A stretch of DNA of 61,954 nucleotides, counting the filler, from Squatina squatina (lineage: Eukaryota), in NCBI GenBank assembly GCA_031763465.1. It is 3 parts of 3 records of this genome, joined end to end, with 100 filler letters (N's around TTAATTAATTAA, not from the genome) between each part and the next. Parts side by side here need not be neighbours in the genome. Positions count along the whole stretch, not along the records: positions 34,717 to 61,954 come from JARFOE010000219.1; 2 more parts are not named here. The stretch is one strand, 5' to 3'. Each line of letters starts with the position of its first letter. The stretch's first letter is position 1. Below, piece by piece: positions 51,076 to 61,954 of the stretch. Under the pieces are notes generated by a model, which had not been told where the DNA came from, did not search any database, and saw only the letters and a list, made by a program, of their open reading frames with translations. The position numbers were made by a program, and so were the translations under genes.

Positions 51076-52768
51076 CCTGTTGGCTAGGACCCTGGGAGAA
51101 CTCCCCTGCTCTTTTTCGAGAACTGTAGCACACATCCGTCACCTCTCAGATCAGTTCATTTAGCTTAGATTGGGAACAAATTGTGTAACTTTCTGGTCTG
51201 TGAGGTTGAATTTCAAGCCTCCACTGACTGAGTCATCTGGGGAATTAGTTTTAATTGTGGCCAACCTCCATAAACTATTGTCCATTGCTGCTAAACTGTC
51301 CATCAGACAACAGGAGTCCTTAACAATGTGTCTTAGAGATAGTTTATTGCTCATATAAAAATATATTTGTAACTATCTATTATATGTTAAAAATCTGACA
51401 TCTGCATGCACTTCCGATCAACTTTTCCATTTTTAATTTCTATTGCATGGCACACATGACTATTATTAGAAAATAGGATAATCTTCTGACTCGCTGTGAG
51501 AAACCCCATGGGAGATCTGCTAGTAAATATGAATGACAATTTCAACAAGGCAGCAATCTCATTGTGCAAACAGCAAAACCTATCATTTCAACCAACAGGT
51601 TAGGTTAATGCATTGCAATCTCACAGTTAACTTATTAATAATATATGAGCTCAACTTCCATTGTGGAAAAGGAAATCTGATGAGGTGCAAAACAAAACAG
51701 CTAACATTTTACGTCCAGCAATAAAAAGTAAAATTACTCCCATGCATACATAATGGACACTTGGGTGGGGTGCCAGCTGGCAACTCTGTGGAACTGTTTC
51801 CAAACAAGGGATCAACTTATCAGGAGAGGAGAGAGAACAGAAAATTGGTGAGGGGGATAAAACACAGATCCTGGTCATGATGGAATCCTGGTCATGTGTA
51901 TATTTCTATTGATAAAGATCATTCTTTTTGACACAGAAGAAGTTGAATCAATCAATGCCCTGGTGTCTCTTTTGAAAGGTTTGGAAAATGTAAAGTAAAA
52001 ATAGTTATTCAAATCAAGACCTTAGATCATGAGAACTGCTTTCAAAATTTAAAATAATTCTCCCTTTACCCTCCCTCACCAAAGTCTGTGATGAACAATT
52101 AAAATTCTGACAAGTAATGGAGCTTCGAAAAAGATTATAAATGTTGAAAGGTTTCAGATATGAAGACATACAATTTTATTGCCACTTTTTGATAATTTAC
52201 TGGTGTTTTCTGCTGCAGTTGCTAGAAAAACCCAGAACCAATACATAACTTTGAATAATAACATTTATCTGTTTATATCACATTATATTCTCCAAGGTGA
52301 AGCGCTACAGTATAAAGATAAAGGCACACTTATTAACCTAAGTCATCGGAAGGTGGAATGGTGCTGACAATAATCTTTAAATTATATGCATACTGGATAT
52401 TATCTATAGGCAAGGAATGAAAACAATATTCAGAGCCTCATGTTAGCCACTGATAAACGGATCAGCCTGGAATATAGTACTACCTACTCAGTTTGATTAA
52501 ACTGCCTTCGGTGTTGTTTACTGGGTCTGCAATCCTACACATTTGTTTTAATGACAGACAGTTATTCAGCTACCATTCAAATGTTTAATAGTGAAGGGAG
52601 ATCAGATATTGCAGCTGCATATCTTGACTTGGGCTAGCTAAAACCACACTACTAATCATACCCAATCATTTCTATTTTTTGGAAAAAAACGGAAATGTGC
52701 ACTAGGTTGAAAGCTCCCTTTTCTAGTCTTGTCTAGTTAATTATTTTGAAACCAAAAACCTATATTTA

Positions 52769-53785
52769 GGGCCTTTATTTAAAGGGAAACATACACAATT
52801 TCAAAAATCGGCCATGGGGGCTGCTCTAGCAGTGGACTGGGAACTCCACCGACATCACATGAGGTACCTCAGTTAGAGGCGTCGGCTCTTTTTGGAGCCG
52901 AGAGAGATGAGAGCACAGCAAAATGAGGGTAGGGAGGAGGCAGCACCAGCTCCTCATCATGACTATGCCCAGCAACCCCTTGCCAGAGCCAGCTCCACCA
53001 CTCATGGCACAGGCCAGACCACTACAGCATCCTCCTAGAGGGCAAAGGGGAAGGGGACATCGAAGGACATATGCTCGCCGAGTCTTCAGACGGCAGTTCA
53101 GCTACCTGCTGATGCTGGATGACTAATGCCTTCGAAGACTCCGCTTCAGAAAGGAGGTCATCACTGAACTATGCCAAGTCCTACAGGCTGACCTGCAGCC
53201 TCAGACCAGGNNNNNNNNNNNNNNNNNNNNNNNNNNNNNNNNNNNNNNNNNNNNNNNNNNNNNNNNNNNNNNNNNNNNNNNNNNNNNNNNNNNNNNNNNN
53301 NNNNNNNNNNCTCAGCTTAAGGTATGAAAGTCATTCATACCTTCACAAGTAGGAAATGACCCGTTATGAAGCCTGAACTGGCAGGAGCCGATGACACGCA
53401 CCCCTTCACCCACTCGCCGTTCCGTTCTCACAATGAATTGGCGATTTAAAGCAGAAAACAAGATAGCGTAGCACCACGGGAAGCCTGTGCAGCTACAGGA
53501 TTTTCTATCGCTGTTTACTCCTGGCCAACAGAGGTGTTAAGAATTTTCTGTCAGGTTGCTGCCGAGGCTTTGCGCGCGGTGATGACGTCACCATCACCTA
53601 GCGCCGCTAAGAATGGCGTCTCGCCGGGCCGCGGAGGCGTTGCTTTTTAACGCCTCCGCAAAGCTGGAGCCAAATTTTGTGTGTGGCGTTAATCGGCCCG
53701 TTAACGCCTGAAGAATTTTTTGCATCTCCATAATGCCTTCGCCTGGCGATATAGAAGCACAAAAAGGTACCGAATTTCGGGCCCC
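52769..53785 (+). mobile_element. Harbinger element (transposase 5' part + GC-rich 3' end; gap inside)
   Basis: RRTYARRVFRRQFSYLLMLDD*CLRRLRFRKEVITELCQVLQADLQP; ends TTA|GGGCC and GGGCCCC|TAA. Confidence 0.7.
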
Positions 53786-53799
53786 TAATATTAAAAAAA

Positions 53800-54102
53800 G
53801 ATCTGGAAACCAAAAACATGATTAAAAAGTAGTCAGCATGGATTTCAAAAGGGAAGATCATGCTGGACCAACTTTACTGAATTATTTGAAGAAGTAACAG
53901 AGAAAGAGTAGACAACGGTAATGTAGTAACTGTAATATATTTGAATTTTGAAAAGGCCTTCGATAAGGTACTGCATAGTACTGCATGACTAAAGTCAGAG
54001 AATGTGGAGTCAGTGGACAAGTAGCAGAATGGATAGCAAGCTGCTACAAAACAGAAACAGAGAGCAGGGGTTAAAGCTGGCAAAAGGTAGGAAGTGATGT
54101 TC
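53800..54102 (+). mobile_element. CR1 RT fragment
   Basis: SQHGFQKGRSCWTN..EEVT..YLNFEKAFDKVLH. Confidence 0.85.
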
Positions 54103-54202
54103 NNNNNNNNNNNNNNNNNNNNNNNNNNNNNNNNNNNNNNNNNNNNNNNNNNNNNNNNNNNNNNNNNNNNNNNNNNNNNNNNNNNNNNNNNNNNNNNNNN
54201 NN

Positions 54203-54733
54203 CTGCCTTCAGTCACTCCAGCTCAGGGTCATTCAGCTGGAGTGCGAGTTAGAGACACTCCGAAAAATGAGGGGTAGGGGGTGGAATTTCTGGATAGTTT
54301 TATCCAGAACACAGTCACACCCCAGAGGAAAGCGCATGTTCAGGAAAGGGAAGCTGTGACTGTGAGGGAGCCGGGTAGCAGGGACTTAGGAGAGGTTGAG
54401 AAGGAGGTCCTGCAGACACTGGTCCTGTACAACAGGTGCAATGTACTCATTACCTGTGAGGACAAGGAGAAAGACTGCAGGGAGCACAGTCACAATGCAG
54501 TCCAAGGCACCATGGCACAGAAGGCTTTCCAAAGGGGAGAAGAGTAAAAGAGAAATGTGATAGTGATAGGGGATTCTATAATTCGGAGGATAGATAGCAT
54601 CCTCTGCAGCCACAAAAAGAATTCCAAAGGGTACTTTGCCTATATGGTGCCAGGGTAAGGGTTATCTCGAGGTGGCTGGAGAGTAATCTGGAAAGATAGG
54701 GGGAAAATCCAGTCGTCGTGTTTCATGGCAGAG
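54203..54733 (+). mobile_element. CR1 ORF1 fragment (coiled coil + SGNH esterase)
   Basis: LQLRVIQLECELETLR..VIVIGDSIIRRIDSILC..CLYGARV..PVVVFHG. Confidence 0.85.
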
Positions 54734-54833
54734 NNNNNNNNNNNNNNNNNNNNNNNNNNNNNNNNNNNNNNNNNNNNNNNNNNNNNNNNNNNNNNNNNNN
54801 NNNNNNNNNNNNNNNNNNNNNNNNNNNNNNNNN

Positions 54834-55460
54834 AGCACTCAGTCTTCTAGTTGTTCACCTGCTCAATCTGCTTTTTGGTCGCCCCACATGTCATGGTGGT
54901 TGTTGAACTCGCCGATATAGATGGCAGGGCGGTTAGCGGTTGGTAGGGCGATGGCTAGCGGTGTCTCCATCGGCAGCTTGCAGACATACACAATGGTCAG
55001 CTTGCTCACTCTGATTGTGATGGAAAGCGGTGAGCTGTCTGCCAGTGGGAATTATTCATCTTCAATAATTAGGTTGGCCTGGATGTATGTGGCCATACCA
55101 TATTTTGTGTGTTATCAGCACGCTATCATGTGGAATCCATGGATCCAGTATGGGGTGGGTTCAGGTAGGTGTGTTTCTTGAAGGGCAACAACGTCGGTCA
55201 TTTGCATTATTAGTTCACTTGACTATATCTCACAGGTCGCTCTAGATAGGCCTGATTGTTGAGTTGATAAATGCAGTGTACTGAGTCGATTATCTTGGTT
55301 GGTTAGTCCTGAAAGGGACCTTTGGTTGACATGTTTGATGCTTTCATGCATTTCAGACCGGGAAGCCGCTTTCGGGCGTTCAGCCGCCTTCTTGATGACA
55401 TTAATTGGCAAGTTGTCGGTGAAGTCGGAGAGACCACGTGTAGGTTGTCATCAGCTCCCC
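54834..55460 (-). mobile_element. Vingi/Ingi-clade retrotransposon 5' end (AP endonuclease)
   Basis: GLSRATCEI..DVVALQETHL..HTKYGMATYI..IYIGEFNNHHDMWG (APE QET and GDFN.HH..WG motifs); begins GGGGAGC at 55460. Confidence 0.75.
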
Positions 55461-55519
55461 ATTAAGTGGACTAGAAAAGTTAATCCTGAGCATTATTTTC
55501 AAGATAAATCAAGACTGCA

Positions 55520-55712
55520 GGCCATAATTACTAACTGGTAAAATGCAAGTTCAGGACTGATGTCAGGAAGTACTTGACTACTAAGTGATTAATACGTGGA
55601 GTGGCCTTCAGTGGAGGCAAAAGCTCTGGAATCATTCAAGAGGCAGTTAGATTTCATGATGGGAGCGTTATAGATTTCTATGGAAGGAAAAGTTAGGTGA
55701 GCCAAACAACCT
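55520..55712 (+). mobile_element. Degenerate CR1 3' end
   Basis: Decayed F.TDVRK..VINTW..L..FKRQLD. Confidence 0.6.
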
Positions 55713-56677
55713 NNNNNNNNNNNNNNNNNNNNNNNNNNNNNNNNNNNNNNNNNNNNNNNNNNNNNNNNNNNNNNNNNNNNNNNNNNNNNNNNNNNNNNNN
55801 NNNNNNNNNNNNCAGCAGGAAGATATGAACCATACAAACACATGGACTACAAGATTAATTTAATTTCTCGAAGATCGCAACCACTACATGCAGATATATA
55901 AAACTGATTGAACTTTCCTTGCATCAATGCCGCTCAAAATAAGTTTTTTGAGATAATGAAGGCTTCCTCGCTATCCTCTGCAATTTTTTAACCTGAAACT
56001 AACTTGGCATTCACTGAATATAAACAGACGTGAGAGGAATGTATAATTATATAACTCCAGGCAATACCCTTCAGAGATCAAGACATATTTTGAAATTGCT
56101 GTCATTGCACCTAATAGTTTTCATTTGATTGGAATATATTTTGGATAATGTGCACAAACTATGTTATTTAGCTTTCATTGATCTTAGCTATGGTTGTGCT
56201 TTACTGTGTAGTCGTGTCTGTGAATGTAGATCTGTCACATATTATGGGAATGCCACTTTACATCAGAGATTCTATGGTAGCATTCAAAGGATGGGAGTAA
56301 TATTGACTTTGGGTGATGGGGATAATGGTTTCCTACATTTATAACAGTGACTATACTGCAGAAGTATTTCATTGGCTGTGAAACATCTGAGGTTGTGAAA
56401 GGTGCTATACAAATGCAAGTCTTTCTTTTTTTATAGTGTAAAATGGGGTAATATCAATTCAGCTGCTTGTCTTTCCTGATTTTCATTGCTATTGAAGTTC
56501 GTCGAAATGAAAATCCTGAGAGAGGCTGAATAGATATTGCTTGTTTTACGCTGTATCCCAAAGTCAAACTTGCAGTGCCTGGCCAGGAATGATTAATTAA
56601 TAAATAACTAAATAATTCCACCTTTCTGTTAAACCGGGCTGCCTTTTTGCTGCAGCCATCAGATGTGCTAATTAAGC

Positions 56678-56780
56678 TAAAAAAGCAAAATACTGCGGAT
56701 GCTGGAAATCTGAAATAAAAACAGAAAATGCTGGAAATATTCAGCAGGTCAGGCAGCATCTGTGCAGAGAAAAATAGTTC
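56678..56780 (-). mobile_element. Penelope terminal-repeat fragment
   Basis: AAAACAGAAAATGCTGGAAATATTCAGCAGGTCAGGCAGCATCTGTG matches 14301-14346. Confidence 0.8.
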
Positions 56781-57474
56781 GGGGCCCCACTAGGTCTGAT
56801 TTCACGCCCACGATGTGCCGAATAGCGGTGCAACGCAGGCGTGAAATCAGCTTTGAGGCCTAAAAATGCTAAGCCCAGAATTGGGCCTGTGGCGCCGACG
56901 GCATAAATGCCCCGCCGCCAGTGGCACAAGGGCCAATGCGCGACATCATCTCATCGTGCGCCAACGCCGCTGTGCCAGCCTGTGATCCCCCTGTGTGCCT
57001 GGGCGCCTTAAAGGCGCATGGCCTGTGCCGTCGTCCGCCATCTTTTATCATCGGCCGATGTCTTGCAGCCGATCCACCCTGCGGAAACCCCCCACCGCCC
57101 CCCCCCCCGGCACTGCCAGCATGCACTCTGGTGTGCTGGCACCCTCAGCAAAATTTTGCTACTTACTTGATGGCCCAGTGGGCCGTTGATCCTCCTCCTT
57201 CCCGAAAGCCTGCGGCCCTTGCCCTTAAGGGATGGGGTGTAGCCGCGGCTTGCGCATGCCTCACGCTACGCTGCTAGTGTACACAGGAAGTGATGTGGCA
57301 TTGGCCTGGTCACTGCTGGGTCAGTGCCGTGGCAACACTGATTTTGTGTTGCCATGCTACACTGGCCCGAGATGGCCTCAACGAGGCCAAGGCTGCATTG
57401 AAGTGACCCGCTGATAGCGGGGCTCACTCCAGGCTGAGGGCCACCAATGCTACGGCCCTCCCAATTGGGGCCCC
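56781..57474. mobile_element. CpG-rich non-autonomous Harbinger-like element
   Basis: TIRs GGGGCCCCA / TGGGGCCCC; GC-rich interior without a credible ORF. Confidence 0.7.
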
Positions 57475-58402
57475 TTAGATTTTTTACATTTATTTACATG
57501 TATAGATGTACACTTAGAAGTAAACTCAAANNNNNNNNNNNNNNNNNNNNNNNNNNNNNNNNNNNNNNNNNNNNNNNNNNNNNNNNNNNNNNNNNNNNNN
57601 NNNNNNNNNNNNNNNNNNNNNNNNNNNNNNATTGAAATTATGTCACCTTCTTATTGGTGTTTCTGAGGTTTATGACTAGAAGCTGCCAATGAAGATATGT
57701 CGTAGAAGGTTCTGGGTCGTGCATCTGCTTTACTCGTGGTAACAAGGGATAGCTCACAACTGTACACATTTTAAATGTGCTGAGTCACCAAAATAACAGT
57801 GACCATGGGAACATGGTAAAGTGTATGTTTTGCATTAAGATGCAAAGTATCACTTTCTGATTGTGAAACAGAATCCTTTCTTAATAGTTAAAATAAACAA
57901 TACAATTGCATCTATTAAGTCAAATCTCATCTGTCCTTGTAACTGAAATCATTAAAGTGGTTTTATATCCATAAAATTGTTTGCTCCTGTGCTGTTTAAA
58001 TTTAAGTAATATGGAAAACACTGGATTAATGGTCCTTTTAGGCTTATACCTCCAAGTATACTGCATAGTTCATTATAAAAAATCTATTTTAAAGTATGTA
58101 CACTGTGATTTTCCTTTTGAACAAGCACCCCATAGGGTGAAATAATTAATATGAAATTCTGTGTGTTTCCCCAAAGTGCAAAGTAAAGGGATTATTTGTC
58201 AGCTGATTAAGAGATTTGTGCTTGACATATTGTGAATGCCATGCCATTACTGAAATTTAATTTGCAAATCTCATTTCTGCTGTCAATTTTTAAAAAATGA
58301 GCNNNNNNNNNNNNNNNNNNNNNNNNNNNNNNNNNNNNNNNNNNNNNNNNNNNNNNNNNNNNNNNNNNNNNNNNNNNNNNNNNNNNNNNNNNNNNNNNNN
58401 NN

Positions 58403-58665
58403 TGCTGCATGGTTCCAGGGTTGCTGCACAGTGCCAGTGTTATTTCCGGAATAGAGGTTGCTGCATGGTGCCAGGGTTGCTGCACAGTGCCAGTGTTATT
58501 TCCGGAATAGAGGTTGCTGCATGGTGCCAGGGTTGCTGCAGGGTTCCAGGGTTGCTGCATTGTGCCAAGGTTACTGCATGGAGCTGGTGTTACTGACGGT
58601 GCCACGGTTGCTGCAGAGCATCAAGGCTGCTGCACGACACCAGGGTTGCTGCACGGTGCCAGCAT
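58403..58665. repeat. Minisatellite, ~19-20-bp unit with a ~58-bp higher-order repeat
   Basis: Repeated (C/T)CAGGGTTGCTGCA(C/T)RGTG; block CCAGGGTTGCTGCACAGTGCCAGTGTTATTTCCGGAATAGAGGTTGCTGCATGGTG duplicated. Confidence 0.9.
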
Positions 58666-59231
58666 TGTAACTATAAGAATCAGGTTCTAGTGTCGTAAAT
58701 GTTTAGATTGTAACTGGTTCAGTAACAGAATAAGAAAAGCCTCATTCTATTCCATTCCTACGTTATACTTTTACCCAAGTTTTACCCTGAGGCAACTCTG
58801 ACTGAAATCTACATTTAAACCCTTGAGGATTTGAACTAATGAGTCGGAGGTTATAAAATATTTATAAAATATATACGCTATGCTGGCTGCCAACAACTAA
58901 ACAAATAGAAATATGAATAATAAAGAATGCCCCCGTGCACTGGAGAAGTTCTCTATTTGTTTAAATGCAGCTTCAATCGTACAGAATTTGAATCTGTACA
59001 AAGAACTCACATTCGTTTAGATTTGTAATACAGATTCAAATATNNNNNNNNNNNNNNNNNNNNNNNNNNNNNNNNNNNNNNNNNNNNNNNNNNNNNNNNN
59101 NNNNNNNNNNNNNNNNNNNNNNNNNNNNNNNNNNNNNNNNNNNCGATTTACACCCCGACAATTTTACCTGTCCCATTCTCGCTGGGGGAAATTTAGGTTA
59201 AAATCAGGACCAAAGTTAATGAGCTCATTTA

Positions 59232-59305
59232 AAAAAAAATTCTTGGGATGTGGGCATCTCTGGCAAGGCCGGCATTTATTCCCCATCCCTAGTTGCCTTG
59301 AAGAA
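59232..59305 (-). mobile_element. LINE (CR1-group) 3' terminus
   Basis: Minus GGCAACTAGGGATGGGGAATAAATGCCGGCCTTGCCAGAGATGCCCACATCCC followed by a T-run; resembles a common shark LINE tail. Confidence 0.5.
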
Positions 59306-60348
59306 ATATGACGGAAGTAAATATTAAATGTCTATCTGAACACACTGACTGAAACTTAGATTGCTGTGGCTTATGATTCTGCTCTCATGGCCTAGGTAAC
59401 CATTTGTGTGTCTCGGTATATAAAGATGTCAAAATTCAGAAAGTGTGTATTTTTTTAAGTGGAAATTATGCAACAAGACTCTTATTGTGTCTTTTGATTC
59501 TCTTAGTTATTAGCAGAGCTAAATGAGTGTCCTCATTCTGAAATCTGTGGATCAGCAAGCTCAGATGCTTTCTTATCTCACTGTTGCATAATACAACAAA
59601 TTCACTCTCTGTTTTGTGATAGAACATTTAAAATGATGGGATTAAAAGGATCATATAAGCATTATGCACCATCAATAAATATAACTACCTTACATAATAC
59701 ATAACTGACTTTAATTATTTTCTCTGGTACACCAGATGCTATAACTCTTCATCCAATTGCTAAACAACATGTAAACAGGTGGCAGGATTAACGATTATCC
59801 ACCACTAATGCAATATTTCATTTACTTTGAGACAATGCCACTTGTTAAACGTGACAAAACAAAAATGCATTCTCAGAAAGAAATGACAAGCTATAAAAGT
59901 ACTTGAATCCCACAGAATCTAATAGCTTCTTTTGAACATTCAATTTAATTTCTCATTTCATTAGTTTCTTTTGAGATGTAATTTAAATTCCCTTGTGGCA
60001 TGCACCTCATAGCCTCCTCTCAAAATATCATGAATCTTTGCAAATGTACTCTGCAAAGTTTTATCAGCCACAATAGTGCACAGCCCATTCTAAGCACATT
60101 ATTAACAAAAATGAAATAATGATGAGTTTCCCTTCTGTACTTGAAATTAGCACATTACAATTAAAGGCCCTTAATTTCATCCAGAACCAGTTATCATTCC
60201 ATAATTAGATTGTAAGATGCAGTAATTCAGGAATGATCTGACATGTTTNNNNNNNNNNNNNNNNNNNNNNNNNNNNNNNNNNNNNNNNNNNNNNNNNNNN
60301 NNNNNNNNNNNNNNNNNNNNNNNNNNNNNNNNNNNNNNNNNNNNNNNN

Positions 60349-60982
60349 TAATCAAGAAAATTCTCCTGAACACACTTCAAAAATTCTTCCACTTCTCTGA
60401 CCTTTACACTATTATGACCCCAGTCTATATTAGGATAGTTGAAGTCCCCCATTATCACTACTCTATAGTTTTTGCACCTGTCTGTAATTTCTCTGCAAAT
60501 TTGCTCCTCCACATCTTTACCATTATTTGGTGGTCTACAGAATACACCTAATAGTGTAATGGCACCTCTGTTATTTCTTAACTCTAGCCATATAGATTCT
60601 GTCCTTGACCCCTCCAGGATATCCTCCCTCTCCAGCACTGTAACATTCTCCTTAGCCAATACTGCCACACCACCTCCTATCTTTCCTTCTCTATCTTTCA
60701 TGAACACCTTATAACCAGGAATACTTAATACTCAATCCTGGCCTTTTTTGAGCGAGGTCTCAGTTATTGCTACAACATCCCTATTCCCATGAGGCTATTT
60801 GTGCCTCTGCTCACTTACCTTGTTTACTACACTTTGTCTGTTCATGTACGTACACTGTAAACCCATCTTAGACCATCCTGTATTCTCTCTTAGTTGGATC
60901 CCACCTAATGCCTTACTATTTCTTACTCTAGTGCTCTCTGTCTCTCCCAATCCCTTGAGCACTTTATTTCCCCTTTTTAATG
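60349..60982 (-). mobile_element. CR1 ORF2 endonuclease domain
   Basis: DREGKIGGGVAVL..ESIWLELRN..GVFCRPPN..VVIMGDFNYPNIDW..FLKCVQENFL. Confidence 0.92.
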
Positions 60983-61954
60983 TTACATCCTGGTGCCCAT
61001 CCNNNNNNNNNNNNNNNNNNNNNNNNNNNNNNNNNNNNNNNNNNNNNNNNNNNNNNNNNNNNNNNNNNNNNNNNNNNNNNNNNNNNNNNNNNNNNNNNNN
61101 NNCATCAAATGGTTTCTGAGGACTTACAGTGCTTCACTTAAGTTGCCATGACAACCAAATATTCATGCTCTACTTGACAAAGCTGCTTGATATTTAAAAA
61201 TGCAGCTCAATTTTTAGTTGCATTTTCTTATACACATCATGCGACAGGCATGAAACAAGGAATGCTTTCATGAATATTAGATGTTACACAGTTATATAAA
61301 ATTTTCATTAGCATTCTTGCATTTTTAGCATTAAATGCTACTTAAGCTTTTGTTGTAGAGAATTTTAAATGCTTGCCTTCTCCCTGGGCATACCATTGAG
61401 GTCCCTACAGATTTTCTTTGATACACCCTTATCATTAATTGTAATCTTAACATATTACACCAAACACACACAATTCAGTTTTAAGAACAATATTAATACC
61501 ATACCTTAATGTGGGTTTCAAGATGATATTTTTCTCTTAATCTGCTATGCTAAAAGAGCTTTGTTTACTGTACTAAGTATTTGCCAATTTACTCAGTATA
61601 TAGACCTGAGAGAACAAGAACGAGCATGAATTAATCATGATTTAATTGACTCAGCTGTGCCCACTACATTTCACTATGCAGCAGAACTTCATTATTGCCA
61701 GTAATTGTGCTGATATGAAGTCTGAGTAGCATACTGCTGTTATACTAGTTCAGACTCAAGTGTGGCAAGAACATTTCTATAAGTCTCGAGTAACCAAGGG
61801 ACGTGTGTCCACTGTTATGTCCGAATAAATAAGCAAATCGGTGTGGTAATAACTAGCTACTTTTATTTCCAGACACTCTGGAATATTCTGTCAAAAAATA
61901 ATAAAGTAATACAAGGGAGACCTTGGCGTGCAACAGCTACAAAGTGTTTACTCC

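Noticed and set aside
56781-57474. CpG island / gene promoter with GC-rich ORFs
   Set aside because: Bounded by TIRs and better explained as a young MITE.

Overview
Eukaryotic vertebrate DNA, most likely from a cartilaginous fish (shark). The repeat content points that way: Deu-domain tRNA-SINEs of the SacSINE1 type, CR1, L2, Penelope, Vingi, Harbinger and pogo/Passer. The window is not contiguous. It is a heavily gapped draft of 0.5-3 kb contigs separated mostly by 10- or 100-N gaps. Two artificial N44-TTAATTAATTAA-N44 linkers (15820-15919, 34617-34716) split it into three scaffolds. Scaffold 1 carries one COL14A1 vWA exon and an orphan minus-strand 3'UTR-like block. Scaffold 2 carries two exons of an unidentified gene, followed by isolated exons of BAALC, FZD6 (two), CTHRC1 and DCAF13 in the order and strand of the human 8q22.3 block. 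Scaffold 3 carries LRR1 on the minus strand, followed by exon-poor DNA rich in TEs and CNE-like blocks. Most notable: (1) an intact-looking minimal hammerhead ribozyme in a Penelope terminal repeat; (2) an 867-bp open exon of an unrecognised gene; (3) an LRR1 reading frame that runs into an old SINE where a splice donor is expected; (4) Vingi 5' and 3' ends, with a structured leader; (5) a Passer transposase with an in-frame deletion of its catalytic core. No prokaryotic systems, CRISPR arrays, rRNA or true tRNA genes were seen. All homology calls come from recalled motifs, not database searches, and repeat boundaries are approximate.
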